From the NCBI GenBank assembly GCA_964551605.1, contig CAZKCV010000006.1, positions 70-64,069 of the forward strand: a stretch of DNA of 64,000 bases, given 5' to 3'. The notes under the pieces were generated by a model. That model was not told the origin of the DNA and ran no database searches. It saw nothing but the letters and a program-made list of their open reading frames with translations. Position numbers and translations under genes: made by a program. Positions 36,900 to 47,172 of the stretch are shown here, piece by piece. Source of the stretch: an uncultured Gammaproteobacteria bacterium. GTDB lineage: Bacteria; Patescibacteriota; Microgenomatia; Daviesbacterales; UBA10151. Within the stretch, counting starts at the first letter, position 1. Every line of letters begins with the position of its first letter.

Positions 36900-37910
36900 A
36901 TGTTTAAACCAAAATATACTTTAACTCCCGAAATCCTCAATAATATTAATGAGATAGAAAGGCTTTATGGACGACTTGAGGGTTTGACTATTCCCCGACA
37001 TCTTTTATTAAATCTTGAACGGGACAATTTAATTCAATCTGCATATATTTCAAATAGCATTGAGGGTAATCCTCTCTCTCAAGCAGAAGTAACAAATCTA
37101 TTGTTAAATGATAGGATACCGGTTAATCGGGATGAAAAAGAAGTGGTCAATTACTTTAAAATTTTAAAAACTCTTCATAAAAGAATTGGACAACCCTTTG
37201 ACCTTAATATTATTCTTGATATTCATACGGAATTAATGGAAGCGGTTAGTGATAAAATCAAAGGTAAAATTCGAAATAAGCAAATAGTAATAGGCAATTA
37301 TGGTGAAGACAATAAAATTATTATTAAACATAATCCTCCGTTTCACACATATTTAGAAATAGAGCAGTCTCTAAAAAAACTTCTGAATTGGATTCAAGAT
37401 AGCGCTGAACCATCTATTTTAAAAGCGGGATTGTTTCATCATCAATTTGTTTTTATTCATCCGTTTGAGGATGGCAATGGAAGAGTGTGCAGGTTATCAA
37501 CGGCGCTATTTTTATTAAAAAATAACTATCTTATTAATAAGTACTTTGTTCTGGATGATTATTATGATATTGATAGACAGCAATATTCGGATAAATTACA
37601 TACTGCTGATTTTGGGGACAAGACAGAATGGTTAAAGTATTTTACAGATGGAGTGAAATATTCATTACAAAGCGCATTAGGAAAGGTTGAATCAGGACTC
37701 ACCAATCTTACGTTTGATATTCGTCCAACTCCTAAGGAACAGGTAGCTTTAGCAATAATACAAAAGTATAGAGAAATTAATTCCGCTGATTTAGTAAAAG
37801 AGCTCAATATAACAAGACAACAGGCGTTCAATCTTCTAAGAGCTCTTACAAAAAAGGGTTATCTTGAAAAAAAGGGCATCACTAAAAGTAGTTTTTATAT
37901 CTTAAAATAG
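36900..37910 (+). CDS. Fic family protein with C-terminal wHTH
   Basis: SNSIEGN, HPFEDGNGRVCR. Confidence 0.92.
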   Translation: MFKPKYTLTPEILNNINEIERLYGRLEGLTIPRHLLLNLERDNLIQSAYISNSIEGNPLSQAEVTNLLLNDRIPVNRDEKEVVNYFKILKTLHKRIGQPFDLNIILDIHTELMEAVSDKIKGKIRNKQIVIGNYGEDNKIIIKHNPPFHTYLEIEQSLKKLLNWIQDSAEPSILKAGLFHHQFVFIHPFEDGNGRVCRLSTALFLLKNNYLINKYFVLDDYYDIDRQQYSDKLHTADFGDKTEWLKYFTDGVKYSLQSALGKVESGLTNLTFDIRPTPKEQVALAIIQKYREINSADLVKELNITRQQAFNLLRALTKKGYLEKKGITKSSFYILK

Positions 37911-38045
37911 CACATTCTACTGTTTATAGTATACATCCTAGTTAAAAATTGTTATTGCGCTTTATAGAGATCGCCGTTTGCCATTTCCAAAGGATAGCAT
38001 ATTTTGCCTGTACAATTAAAATGAATTGATGTTACAATACTTTCT

Positions 38046-38645
38046 ATGGGAAATTTTAACCGCGGCAGATCAGGCGGACCTGCCCGCTATGCTTCGCGAA
38101 GCGATGCAGGCGGGGGAAGAGGCTTTGAAAGAAGAGGTTTTAATGACAGAGGCAGAAGGGGGTCTGCAGAGATGCACCAGGCTGTTTGTGACAATTGCCG
38201 AAAAAACTGTGAAGTGCCTTTCCGTCCTACCAGCGGCAAGCCGATTTTTTGCAGTGATTGTTTTCAAAATAACCGTGGTTCTGATTCGGGGAGATTTGAT
38301 GATCGGAATACTGGTAGATCCGCTGGCTCGGATGAGAGAAGAATGTTTGAGGCTACCTGTGATGAGTGCAGAAACAGCTGCAAGGTTCCTTTTCAGCCAA
38401 GCGGCGGAAAGCCAATTTACTGCAGTGACTGTTTTGGGGAGAAAAAAGGCGCCGGAGATAAAAACAGGGATCATTTTGAAGAGCTGCATAACAAACTCGA
38501 TAAAATTTTACTACTATTAGAGCAGAATGCTTTTGCAAAGACAGCTCCGGCAGTTCAGGAAGAGATAATAGCAGAAGTTCAACAGATTAAAGCTGTTGAT
38601 GCCCCGGAGAAAGTTACCAGGAAAAAAACCTCAAAAAAGAAATAA
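38046..38645 (+). CDS. CxxC-x17-CxxC domain protein (two domains)
   Basis: CDNC...VPFRP...PIFCSDCF, twice. Confidence 0.88.
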   Translation: MGNFNRGRSGGPARYASRSDAGGGRGFERRGFNDRGRRGSAEMHQAVCDNCRKNCEVPFRPTSGKPIFCSDCFQNNRGSDSGRFDDRNTGRSAGSDERRMFEATCDECRNSCKVPFQPSGGKPIYCSDCFGEKKGAGDKNRDHFEELHNKLDKILLLLEQNAFAKTAPAVQEEIIAEVQQIKAVDAPEKVTRKKTSKKK

Positions 38646-38820
38646 TTCCTTTTCGGAAAGATGTAAGTACGGGTAGAATAAAAACTTCTGTATTGTGATA
38701 ATTCTCACTGAATCTTTTTATCTCTTTTTGTATGCTTATTTCTAAATTAAGTAAATAATTTTTTGTAGCAGACGGAAACGATGAGGACGAAGACTAACCA
38801 TGGGGTTAGTTAGATAGGGC

Positions 38821-38859
38821 AGCAAATCCACTCGGTGCAAGCCGGGTGGATTTGTTTTT
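38821..38859. terminator. intrinsic (likely bidirectional) terminator
   Basis: GCAAATCCACTCGG-TGCAAG-CCGGGTGGATTTGTTTTT. Confidence 0.7.
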
Positions 38860-38864
38860 AGGGG

Positions 38865-39224
38865 TTAAAGCTGTTCCAAATCCTGGTCTAAAGTGGCAAA
38901 TTCATCATCGACACCGCTCTCCACATCGATACTTTCCAGATCAGCCTCCAGGTTCTCCTCAGGCGCGGCAGGAGGCGGCTGTACGGTGTTAACCTGGGTT
39001 GCGGCCGGGATAGCTTTCGATTGCTGGCTACTGAGGAAAAAGTATAACCCTCCGACTATTGCCGCTATTACCACCAATCCAATTACCAACCAAAGAACCA
39101 TTTTCTTGGATTCGCCCCCGCCGGAAACCGCTACCTCAGGCGCTGCAGGAGGCATAGCAGTCTCCGCAGGTGCCTGTGCTGCCTGGACAGGGGGGTTAGG
39201 AGCCGGCGCCTGATTATTGTCCAC
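38865..39224 (-). CDS. single-TM hypothetical protein
   Basis: Pro/Ala-rich N-terminus, TM, acidic tail. Confidence 0.65.
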   Translation of the reverse strand: MDNNQAPAPNPPVQAAQAPAETAMPPAAPEVAVSGGGESKKMVLWLVIGLVVIAAIVGGLYFFLSSQQSKAIPAATQVNTVQPPPAAPEENLEADLESIDVESGVDDEFATLDQDLEQL

Positions 39225-39936
39225 TTACTGATGCCTCCTTTGCTTTATCAGCTGACGATACTGACCCGGATTTTGCTATTCTGATGGCATCTGATACTGA
39301 CTTCTTAGCCTCCCGGACTGTTTTTCTGGTGGACTCAAGATCCTTATGCAGGGCATCCCGCTGGCTTTTGGCATCCAGGCCGATTCTGCCTTCAGATGTA
39401 ACAGTGATGGTGTAATCTTTGAGTGATTGGGCCGAAACTGCTTCAACGGCAGCTGTGATATCGGCCCTTGCAGCATCAATTGCAGTCTGGGTGCTGGTCT
39501 GATCCTTAATATCCGGCTTGCCGCTATTGACCCGGGCTTCCAGTTTATTCAAAATTAATGACATGCTGTCTAGGTGCCTTTGCATCTGGCTGGTTTGTTT
39601 TTGGTTGACATTATTCAAATTGGTATTTAACCTGTCGGCTATTTCTGCTTTTTTCTGATCCCTGAAAGACTGAAGCCTTGTCTTTAAGGCTGCTGCTTTG
39701 GAGGCTATCCTCTCCTTGGTGGCTGCTACTTTAGCCTGAATATTCTCTTTCTTTGCTTCAATTCTTTGTTGTGCAACCTGTTGCCTTTCCTTTACTGCCT
39801 GGATTCGATCCTTTTTAACCGGCGCGGTGGCTGCTGAAGTAGCTGTATCCTGGGCATAAGCCGGCAAAGCCAAAACTACCCATACGGCAATCGCAGCCAA
39901 AATAACGGAAAAGGGGATGTAAGCAGCTCTGGACAT
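39214..39936 (-). CDS. secreted coiled-coil protein
   Basis: signal peptide ending AYA; helical Ala/Lys/Gln-rich body. Confidence 0.7.
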   Translation of the reverse strand: MSRAAYIPFSVILAAIAVWVVLALPAYAQDTATSAATAPVKKDRIQAVKERQQVAQQRIEAKKENIQAKVAATKERIASKAAALKTRLQSFRDQKKAEIADRLNTNLNNVNQKQTSQMQRHLDSMSLILNKLEARVNSGKPDIKDQTSTQTAIDAARADITAAVEAVSAQSLKDYTITVTSEGRIGLDAKSQRDALHKDLESTRKTVREAKKSVSDAIRIAKSGSVSSADKAKEASVSGQ

Positions 39937-39979
39937 TATTACTAATTTATCAGAATAATCCCCATCTGTCAATATGACT

Positions 39980-40091
39980 GCCCGGGTGGGGGCAGGTTTT
40001 TTAAGAATCTTAAGGTAGATCAGTTATACAAGTGTTCTTCAAATCTCCAGGATACTTAATTTACTGCCAACACTCCTGCCCCAACCCAAGC
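39980..40091. ncRNA. candidate structured RNA or long inverted-repeat element
   Basis: 17-nt arms 39980-96/40075-91; inner AGTGTT/AACACT stem and TTAAG/CTTAA hairpin. Confidence 0.4.
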
Positions 40092-40194
40092 CTGTTATTT
40101 ATATCCTTTCTGCTTACTGATTTCAGTAATTTTTCTTACAAGCGAGTTTACGAGCTTGCAAGATTTTCTTACAAACATGTTATACTTGAGCCTT

Positions 40195-41883
40195 ATGTTA
40201 TCTGACTTACAAATTGCCCAGGCAGCTAAATTAAAACCTGTTACTGAAATTGCTTCCGAAATTGATTTGCTGCCCGGCGAAATTGAAGTTTACGGAAATT
40301 ATAAAGCCAAAGTTTCCCTGGACGTCCTGAAAAGGTTAAAGGCTAAAAAAAACGGCAAATATATTGATGTCACAGCCATTACCCCTACCCCGCTTGGGGA
40401 AGGTAAAACCACTACCACTGTTGGTTTAGGCCAGGCTCTAAATAAAATCGGTAAAAAAGCAATTATCTGTATCCGGCAGCCTTCTTTAGGGCCGGTTTTC
40501 GGTATCAAGGGAGGTGCAGCAGGTGGAGGTTACTCGCAGATCATCCCGATGGAAGATTTTAATTTACATTTAACCGGAGACATTCACGCTATCGGTCTGG
40601 CCCACAACCTATTGGCGGCTTTTATTGATAACCATATTTTTCACGGCAATAAATTAAATATTGATCCCCAGGCAATCACCTTCCGCCGGGTGGTGGATGT
40701 CAGCGACCGGATCCTTCGCCACATCATTATCGGCTTAAATAAGGAAGGAGTGGTCAGGGAAACCGGTTATGACATTACAGTCGCTTCTGAAGTAATGGCA
40801 ATTCTGGCTTTAACCACCGGCCTGAAGGATTTGCGGGAGCGTTTAGGAAAAATCGTTATCGGCACTACCAAAGACGGCAAGCCTGTCACAGCCGAGGATT
40901 TAAAGGTGGCCGGGGCCATGACCGTACTTTTGAAAGATGCCATCAAGCCTAACCTGATGCAGACTTTGGAAAATACCCCGGCATTTGTCCACTGCGGCCC
41001 GTTTGCTAATATTGCTCACGGCAACAGTTCCATTTTGGCTGATGAGATTGCGCTTAAATTATCTGATTATGTAGTGACGGAAAGCGGCTTTGGAGCAGAT
41101 TTGGGAGCTGAAAAATTCATGAACATTAAGTGCCGGGTTTCCGGTTTAACACCCGATGCAGTAGTAATAGTGGCTACTATTCGGGCATTAAAAATGCACA
41201 GCGGCAGATTCAAAGTTATTGCCGGTAAACCTCTCGATCCCGGGTTAACCGAAGAAAACCTGGAGGCCGTCAGAAAGGGTTCTGAAAATCTGGAAAAACA
41301 AATTGAAAACATGCGCTATTTCGGAGTACCGGTGGTGGTGGCGGTTAATAAATTCAGTACGGATACAAAAGCGGAAATAGAACTGGTTAAAAAGGTTTCC
41401 CTAAAAGCCGGAGCCCTGGAGGCTTGTACCAGTGATGTCCATGCCAGGGGAGGAGCAGGCGGTATAGAAATGGCAGAAGCAGTGTTGAGGGCTTGTGAGA
41501 AGCCGAAAAAGTTTAAGTTCTTGTATCCTTTGAAAGCTCCGATTAAGAAAAAGGTAGAAACCATTGCCAAAAAGATTTATGGTGCGGACGGCGTTTCTTA
41601 TTTACCGGCGGCAGAGAAAGCCATTGCCATGTTTACGGAAATGGGCTATGCTGGCCTGCCGATTTGCATGGCTAAAACCCATGAATCGCTGTCGCATGAG
41701 AAAACTTTAAAGGGAAGACCAAAAGGCTTTACAGTTACCATCCGGGATGTAAGGCTCTCAGCCGGTGCCGGTTTCCTCTATCCCCTTTTGGGTGAGATGC
41801 GGACCATGCCTGGTTTACCTTCAGTCCCGGCCGGAGAAAAAATAGATATTGACTCAGAGAGAAAAATTGTCGGGCTCTTTTAA
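40195..41883 (+). CDS. fhs: formate--tetrahydrofolate ligase
   Basis: [38 protein letters not shown]. Confidence 0.97.
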   Translation: MLSDLQIAQAAKLKPVTEIASEIDLLPGEIEVYGNYKAKVSLDVLKRLKAKKNGKYIDVTAITPTPLGEGKTTTTVGLGQALNKIGKKAIICIRQPSLGPVFGIKGGAAGGGYSQIIPMEDFNLHLTGDIHAIGLAHNLLAAFIDNHIFHGNKLNIDPQAITFRRVVDVSDRILRHIIIGLNKEGVVRETGYDITVASEVMAILALTTGLKDLRERLGKIVIGTTKDGKPVTAEDLKVAGAMTVLLKDAIKPNLMQTLENTPAFVHCGPFANIAHGNSSILADEIALKLSDYVVTESGFGADLGAEKFMNIKCRVSGLTPDAVVIVATIRALKMHSGRFKVIAGKPLDPGLTEENLEAVRKGSENLEKQIENMRYFGVPVVVAVNKFSTDTKAEIELVKKVSLKAGALEACTSDVHARGGAGGIEMAEAVLRACEKPKKFKFLYPLKAPIKKKVETIAKKIYGADGVSYLPAAEKAIAMFTEMGYAGLPICMAKTHESLSHEKTLKGRPKGFTVTIRDVRLSAGAGFLYPLLGEMRTMPGLPSVPAGEKIDIDSERKIVGLF

Positions 41884-41994
41884 TAAACTAGCGGTCACGC
41901 TTAATGTAGTATTCATCCTCTAAGTCAAATAGTCCGCCTCTGGCAGCTCTCGATGTAATTTTTCTTAGGGCGAATGCTGCATTACATGTAGAAC

Positions 41995-43059
41995 TCAGGG
42001 TTTTGGTTTTGGCTTTAAGCGTCTCTTCAAGTTAATGTAAAGTAATTCACGAAAAGAAGGTGGCTCGGTAAAAGGAAAAGCAATCCTCTGATCCGGCGGA
42101 GACCTCTTTATATACTCTCTAAATGCATTTATAGAGTTGGGTGTTATGAGGTTCTCTAAAATCCTGCCAAGCGGCAGATAGTATTCATGTACCCACTGTT
42201 CCAATGTACTGTCATCAAGCTGCGAAGCTATATCCGGAGGCAGTGGTGCAATTCTTGCTGTCCGGTAAAATTCTTCGCTATTTAGTCTGTGTTTAAGCCT
42301 GTTCACCCCCAAAGCTTTCCGGCACTCCAGTATATGTAATGCCTCCAGTGCTTTATCTGCCTTCTCAGGGTCTTTCCTGAAACCTTTCAGGTCCTGCGAT
42401 AATTCTCCCTTTTTTATCAACTCATCAATCAAATCCATTTCATCCAGGTATGCTTTTTCAGTGACATCCGCAGAAGCTGTGTTCCGGCTATACAACCGGT
42501 TCTGGTCCCTTTTCTTTCTCCCTGTCAAAATTTGTTCCAGCAGGTCTTGACTAGGTCTTACCGGAATAATCCGATGAATCTGCCCTGCTTGGTCGCGCGT
42601 ATCGGATATTGCCTGATGCAGTGTATTCCTCCCGTTGTCCCGGCGATGGGGAATCACCGGTAGGTCGATAACTATAGTATTAGGCTTGCCGGAAGACTCT
42701 CTTATCCACCATAAAGAAGTCAGCACTGAGAATGAGGCTAATGGCAATAATAATCCTGCATGTTCAGGGTTTCTTCTGGACCAACCTGTTGCTTCCTCTA
42801 TAAATGTCAAATGCCGGTCAAAATCCACCAACCAGACATTTGACTTTTCTCTTTTTATTTCTGTATCATCTTTTAATCTATCAGCCAGGGCCAGGGCTAT
42901 CGTAGTTTTGGTAGAACCCGGCCTTCCGATGATCCATATATATGTATCATCGGTGTAGGGTACTAAAGATGTAATCCTTGGGTAATAATCTACCAACTCC
43001 GGTACATTATTAAAAACCGCGGAAAGCAATCTTGAACGTGAAGATTCTTTTTCAACCAT
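41995..43059 (-). CDS. hypothetical protein with P-loop-like motif
   Basis: IIGRPGSTKTT; overlaps the kinase stop. Confidence 0.55.
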   Translation of the reverse strand: MVEKESSRSRLLSAVFNNVPELVDYYPRITSLVPYTDDTYIWIIGRPGSTKTTIALALADRLKDDTEIKREKSNVWLVDFDRHLTFIEEATGWSRRNPEHAGLLLPLASFSVLTSLWWIRESSGKPNTIVIDLPVIPHRRDNGRNTLHQAISDTRDQAGQIHRIIPVRPSQDLLEQILTGRKKRDQNRLYSRNTASADVTEKAYLDEMDLIDELIKKGELSQDLKGFRKDPEKADKALEALHILECRKALGVNRLKHRLNSEEFYRTARIAPLPPDIASQLDDSTLEQWVHEYYLPLGRILENLITPNSINAFREYIKRSPPDQRIAFPFTEPPSFRELLYINLKRRLKPKPKP

Positions 43060-44227
43060 ACTTTGCCTTTGGTAATTTCACCTCTACAGTGGTTCCCTTG
43101 CCCATTCTTGAGTGGATCCTGATAAAACCTCTGTGAGCCTCCACGATATTTTTGGTCAGGAATAAGCCCAGTCCCGCTCCTCCTCTTTCCGCCTGATTAT
43201 TTCGGAAAAACGGCTCAAATATCCGTAATTTATCTTTATTGGAAATACCTATCCCGAAATCCCTGACTGCTAATAAAAGATAGGGTGACTTAAAACTTAA
43301 AGTGATTAAAATATCTTTATGGGGATCTGAGAACTTTGCGGCGTTTTCTATCAGATTATTAACTGCCTGAAGTATTCTTTCAAAATCACAGATTATTTTG
43401 TCCTCCATTTTGTTTAATTTATTATGGAAAATTAGTTTATGTTTAGGCCGTTCGAACCCGAATTCAGAAATTGCTTTTTCAATAATTTCCGTTAAATTAT
43501 GTTCACGGAATGTATAACCAAATTTACCCCTCTGGATTCTGCTGACCTCCAGAAAATCATTAACTAAAGAAGTTAACCTGCTAACTTCCCAGTATAGTTC
43601 TTTTACCCACCTGGATTGAGAACTTTGCGGGGGAAGTTTGTTTATCAAAAGCTGTGAATATCCGGCAATGGTGGTTAATGGGGTCCTGAATTCATGGGCA
43701 GCCATGGCTACAAAAAGGTCGCGGGTTTTCAGGGCATTAAGTGTTTCATCATAGAGTTGGGCTTTCCTGATTGCAATACTGGCCATAGAACTGAATGGTT
43801 GCAGGATCAGAGGTTTCTCCTGAGTAAAATGACCGCGTTTATGAGAACGGACTATCAATACCCCAATAGGCTTATTTTTATATCCTAAAGGTATATAGGC
43901 GTTAGACTTTACCCCGGCTGCAATCAGTTTAGGGCGTGATTTAGCAAGTTCGTTTGTGTGAACCAGAAGGGTTTTGTTCTCACGAAAGGCCTTGTTCGTA
44001 AATCCGCCCTTTCTCATTCTCAAATTAGGGAAATTCTTGGGAGCTTCCTTATAAACTCTTTGCAATTTACCATTTTTCTCCAACACTATCATCCCGCTTT
44101 CGCCACCCACTAGCTTCATTGCTTCATGGACAATGTTTCTGTAGGTTTCCTCAGGGGTTAAAGGCACCAGGAATTTTAGGCTGGCCTCATAGATTTTTTG
44201 GAGATAATCAACTGCTTTTTTGGCCAT
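43052..44227 (-). CDS. GAF-domain sensor histidine kinase
   Basis: HEFRTPLT, NLIENAAKF, DFGIGI, GLGL. Confidence 0.9.
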   Translation of the reverse strand: MAKKAVDYLQKIYEASLKFLVPLTPEETYRNIVHEAMKLVGGESGMIVLEKNGKLQRVYKEAPKNFPNLRMRKGGFTNKAFRENKTLLVHTNELAKSRPKLIAAGVKSNAYIPLGYKNKPIGVLIVRSHKRGHFTQEKPLILQPFSSMASIAIRKAQLYDETLNALKTRDLFVAMAAHEFRTPLTTIAGYSQLLINKLPPQSSQSRWVKELYWEVSRLTSLVNDFLEVSRIQRGKFGYTFREHNLTEIIEKAISEFGFERPKHKLIFHNKLNKMEDKIICDFERILQAVNNLIENAAKFSDPHKDILITLSFKSPYLLLAVRDFGIGISNKDKLRIFEPFFRNNQAERGGAGLGLFLTKNIVEAHRGFIRIHSRMGKGTTVEVKLPKAKYG

Positions 44228-44300
44228 CTGATGAAAGGTAAATTTACAGCCGGATTATAGCGGAAAAGGGTTAATAAAGCAATTCTCAGGTACTTCACTA

Positions 44301-44354
44301 TTTAGCTTTACACAGCTTTACACCCTCCGGGTGGTTTAGGTTTACACCTATTCT
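44301..44354. repeat. solo copy of the RAYT1 flanking REP
   Basis: TTTAGCTTTACACAGCTTTACACCCTCCGGGTG identical to 18673-18705. Confidence 0.85.
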
Positions 44355-44368
44355 TTATTTAAGATTTG

Positions 44369-44441
44369 CGCCCCTGGAGGGATTCGAACCCCCAATCTAA
44401 CGCTTAGAACGCGCTCGCTTCATCCATTAAGCTACAGGGGC
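44369..44441 (-). tRNA. tRNA-Arg(TCT)
   Basis: GCCCCTG/CAGGGGC acceptor, loop GTTCTAA, GTTCGAATC. Confidence 0.88.
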
Positions 44442-44575
44442 AAGGTCGCACTGACTATTTTAACAATTTAGGGCTAATTAAGCAAAGCTGATACAATTCA
44501 CCTCAAGAATATCCCACCTGGGGGGTGGATTTCTACGTTCGCCAGTTGGCGAAGGAAAGCTTTGCTTATTGACAC

Positions 44576-45526
44576 CTAAGGTTTCTGGAGATTCTGGATA
44601 TGGACAATTAATTTCTTAAGGCCCTCTTCTAATTCAACCTTCGGTTCCCAGCCTAATCTTCTGGCTTTGGTAATGTCCGGGCAGCGTCTGACCGGGTCAT
44701 CCTCCGGCAGGCTTTCTACAGATTCAACTTCAGAAGAGGCGTTGGTGATTTTTTTAACAATTTCCGCCAGTTCCAGAATAGTGAATTCATTTGGGTTTCC
44801 CAGGTTATAAACTTCACCTTTTTCTCCCCTATCCATGACTGTGATCATCCCGTCTATTAAATCCGACACATAGCAGAAGGATCTGGTCTGCTTACCGTCG
44901 CCAAAAACCGGAAAAGGTTTATTCTGCAAAGCAGCCATCACAAATTCAATCACCACCCGGCCGTCCCGGGCCATTCTGGGGCCATAAGTATTAAAGATCC
45001 TGATGATCCTGCCGTCCAGCTTTTGCAGGCGCACAAAAGCAGAAGTAATAGTCTCACCAAACCTTTTGGACTCATCATAAACAGACCTGGGCCCGGTAGT
45101 GGAAACATTCCCCCGGTAGCTTTCTTTCTGGGGATGCTCCAGAGGATCTCCGTAAATCTCGGAAGTGGAAGCAAATAAAAACTTGGCTCCCCGTTTCAGC
45201 GCCTCTTCGCATAAGCTCCAGGTGCCGAAGGAATTAACCTGCATGGTTTCAAAAGGCAGGGTAATATAGCTTTGGGGGTTGTTTTTATTAGGGGAGGCCG
45301 GAGAGGCCAGATGATAGATTTGGTCAAAATCCAGATCTTCCGGAAACGGTTCCGAGGCTTCAGCTTCTATAAATTGAAAATCCGGGCTGTTTTGCAGATG
45401 GGCAATGTTATCTAAAGAACCGGTTAAGAGGTTATCTACACAAATTACCTGGTCACCTCTTTCAATTAATCTGTCACATAGGTGTGATCCTAAAAATCCG
45501 GCTCCGCCTGTTACAATAACTTTCAT
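44576..45526 (-). CDS. UDP-glucuronate decarboxylase-like NAD-dependent epimerase/dehydratase
   Basis: TGGAGFLGSHL, HLASPASP, STSEIYG, YDESKR. Confidence 0.9.
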   Translation of the reverse strand: MKVIVTGGAGFLGSHLCDRLIERGDQVICVDNLLTGSLDNIAHLQNSPDFQFIEAEASEPFPEDLDFDQIYHLASPASPNKNNPQSYITLPFETMQVNSFGTWSLCEEALKRGAKFLFASTSEIYGDPLEHPQKESYRGNVSTTGPRSVYDESKRFGETITSAFVRLQKLDGRIIRIFNTYGPRMARDGRVVIEFVMAALQNKPFPVFGDGKQTRSFCYVSDLIDGMITVMDRGEKGEVYNLGNPNEFTILELAEIVKKITNASSEVESVESLPEDDPVRRCPDITKARRLGWEPKVELEEGLKKLIVHIQNLQKP

Positions 45527-45561
45527 GCTTTAATTGTACATTGTAAATTCTAAATTGTACA

Positions 45562-46833
45562 TTAAAGCTTAAACCTCCTATCAGCCAGAAAGGGATTAGG
45601 CTTGCGGCGGATTCCTGGTGAGGTTAGCAGGATGCCGCGCTGCAGGGTAAATTCTCCGTATTTGTCATTAATTTTATCCAAAGCCCGGGTGATAATTTCC
45701 TTTCTTTTAACTTCCGGCAAAAAGCTTAAATTCTGGGGAGTTTGTGGTCTAAGGTTGGAAACAGACAGACCTATCATCCTGATCTTTTCACCAGTCCAGA
45801 TTTGGTGAAAAATTTTCCAGGCTGCCTGAAAGATTTCCAGGCCGTCATTGGTAAAATGAATGGTGGTTTGCATGCTGTCACCGGAGAATACGTTCTCACG
45901 GTGTGCGGCTATCCCACCCCTGGGGTGGGATAGGTTGACACCGTATAGATCTAAAGCCTTTCTGTACCAGCAGTGGATGGTTTTACCGACCAGTCTTTTA
46001 GCCCTCAGTCTTCTGGCTACCATTTCTGAAAGTTTCAGTATGATTTGTTTAATCTCGGCCGGATTGTTTGTATCATGGCTAATGGTATGCCGGTGCCCGA
46101 TACTTTTTACCTCTCCTTTTTCGTAGAAAGGAATAATCGGTGAATGGTCAATACCCCTGGCCATGTTATACAGAATTTGGCCGTAACTTTTAAAGGAAGC
46201 CAGTAAGCTTGCTAAAGGTGCTTGCCTGAGCTGGTAAAAATTAGATATCCCTAAGTTATTAAGCCTTTTTTTAATCCGGGAGCCGATGCCGCAGATTTCA
46301 TCCAGCTCAATCCGGTCCAGAATTTTAATGGCCTCTTCCTGATTAGGAATGATTACTAAACCATCAGGTTTTTGTAGGGATCCGGCCAGCTTGGCCATTA
46401 ATTTGTTATAAGAGATGCCGATGGAACAAGTTATCACTTCACCAATTTCACTTCGAATTCTTCTTTTAATATCTAAAGCCATCGGTATAACATTGTGAGA
46501 AGATGTTTCTAAAAAACACTCATCTATAGAAAACACCTCTAGTTTTGAGCTGTAGTCTTTTAAGATATTTATAAATCTTTTGGTAGTTTCCAGATACTTA
46601 TCAGAATCCCCCGGTACCAAAATAATTTGCGGACAAAGCTTGCGGGCTTCCCAAATCTGCATCCCGGTTTTAACCCCATATTTCTTGGCCTCTACGGAAG
46701 CTGCACCTAAGACTGTTCTTTTCATTCTATCCCCTCCGGTTACTCCAATAGGTTTTCCCCGCAGCCTGGGGTTTGCCTGCTGTTCCACTGAAGCAAAATA
46801 AGAATTGAAGTCAATGTGTAATATAGCTTTCAT
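45562..46833 (-). CDS. dinB: Y-family DNA polymerase IV
   Basis: HIDFNSYFASVE, SIDE, AKLA...KPDG. Confidence 0.92.
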   Translation of the reverse strand: MKAILHIDFNSYFASVEQQANPRLRGKPIGVTGGDRMKRTVLGAASVEAKKYGVKTGMQIWEARKLCPQIILVPGDSDKYLETTKRFINILKDYSSKLEVFSIDECFLETSSHNVIPMALDIKRRIRSEIGEVITCSIGISYNKLMAKLAGSLQKPDGLVIIPNQEEAIKILDRIELDEICGIGSRIKKRLNNLGISNFYQLRQAPLASLLASFKSYGQILYNMARGIDHSPIIPFYEKGEVKSIGHRHTISHDTNNPAEIKQIILKLSEMVARRLRAKRLVGKTIHCWYRKALDLYGVNLSHPRGGIAAHRENVFSGDSMQTTIHFTNDGLEIFQAAWKIFHQIWTGEKIRMIGLSVSNLRPQTPQNLSFLPEVKRKEIITRALDKINDKYGEFTLQRGILLTSPGIRRKPNPFLADRRFKL

Positions 46834-46929
46834 AAGCTTGCCCTTGTCAAAAATTGTCATTTAGACAATTTTTGCAAGCGATCTCCTTTGATCAAAACAA
46901 TTTCTTTAAGATTTTAATTGTTTTGATCT

Positions 46930-47172
46930 TCAGTCCGATTCCACTGCCTCCAGTAGCCATCTCATTTCTTTGGTATCAAATTTTAATCTGTAAAAGTTCC
47001 CGCCTGAGCTGACGGAAAAATGGTAAAATAGCGAAACACCTTCTTTGGAAGTGTGGATCAGGTTGATTTTATCTATTTTGATTTCTCTGTCATGCCAGAA
47101 AAATGAATGAGGTTGTATGCAGTTTTGTTTAAAAAAGACCCAAACATTAATAGGTTCCTCTATTTCTAACAT
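46930..47172 (-). CDS. small beta-rich protein upstream of dinB (DUF6504-like)
   Basis: P.SFFW..RE.KI...FSV...YRL.FD...W.L pattern. Confidence 0.55.
   Translation of the reverse strand: MLEIEEPINVWVFFKQNCIQPHSFFWHDREIKIDKINLIHTSKEGVSLFYHFSVSSGGNFYRLKFDTKEMRWLLEAVESD

Noticed and set aside
38026-38520. Alternative-frame 164-aa ORF
   Set aside because: Shadow of the CxxC-x17-CxxC gene
38780-38796. GATGAGGACGAAGACTA, shared with the end of 31815-32240; possible hammerhead
   Set aside because: No CTGATGA/GAAA core with stems; likely a low-complexity acidic-tail relic or chance
39972-40100. ZTP or THF riboswitch for fhs
   Set aside because: Consensus elements are missing, and fhs has a -10 box directly before its start
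44405-44411. Reading tRNA-Arg as a CTA suppressor
   Set aside because: Stem pairing fixes the loop as GTTCTAA, giving anticodon TCT
45533-45563. Short AATTGTACATT repeats
   Set aside because: Degenerate AT-rich micro-repeats with no supportable function
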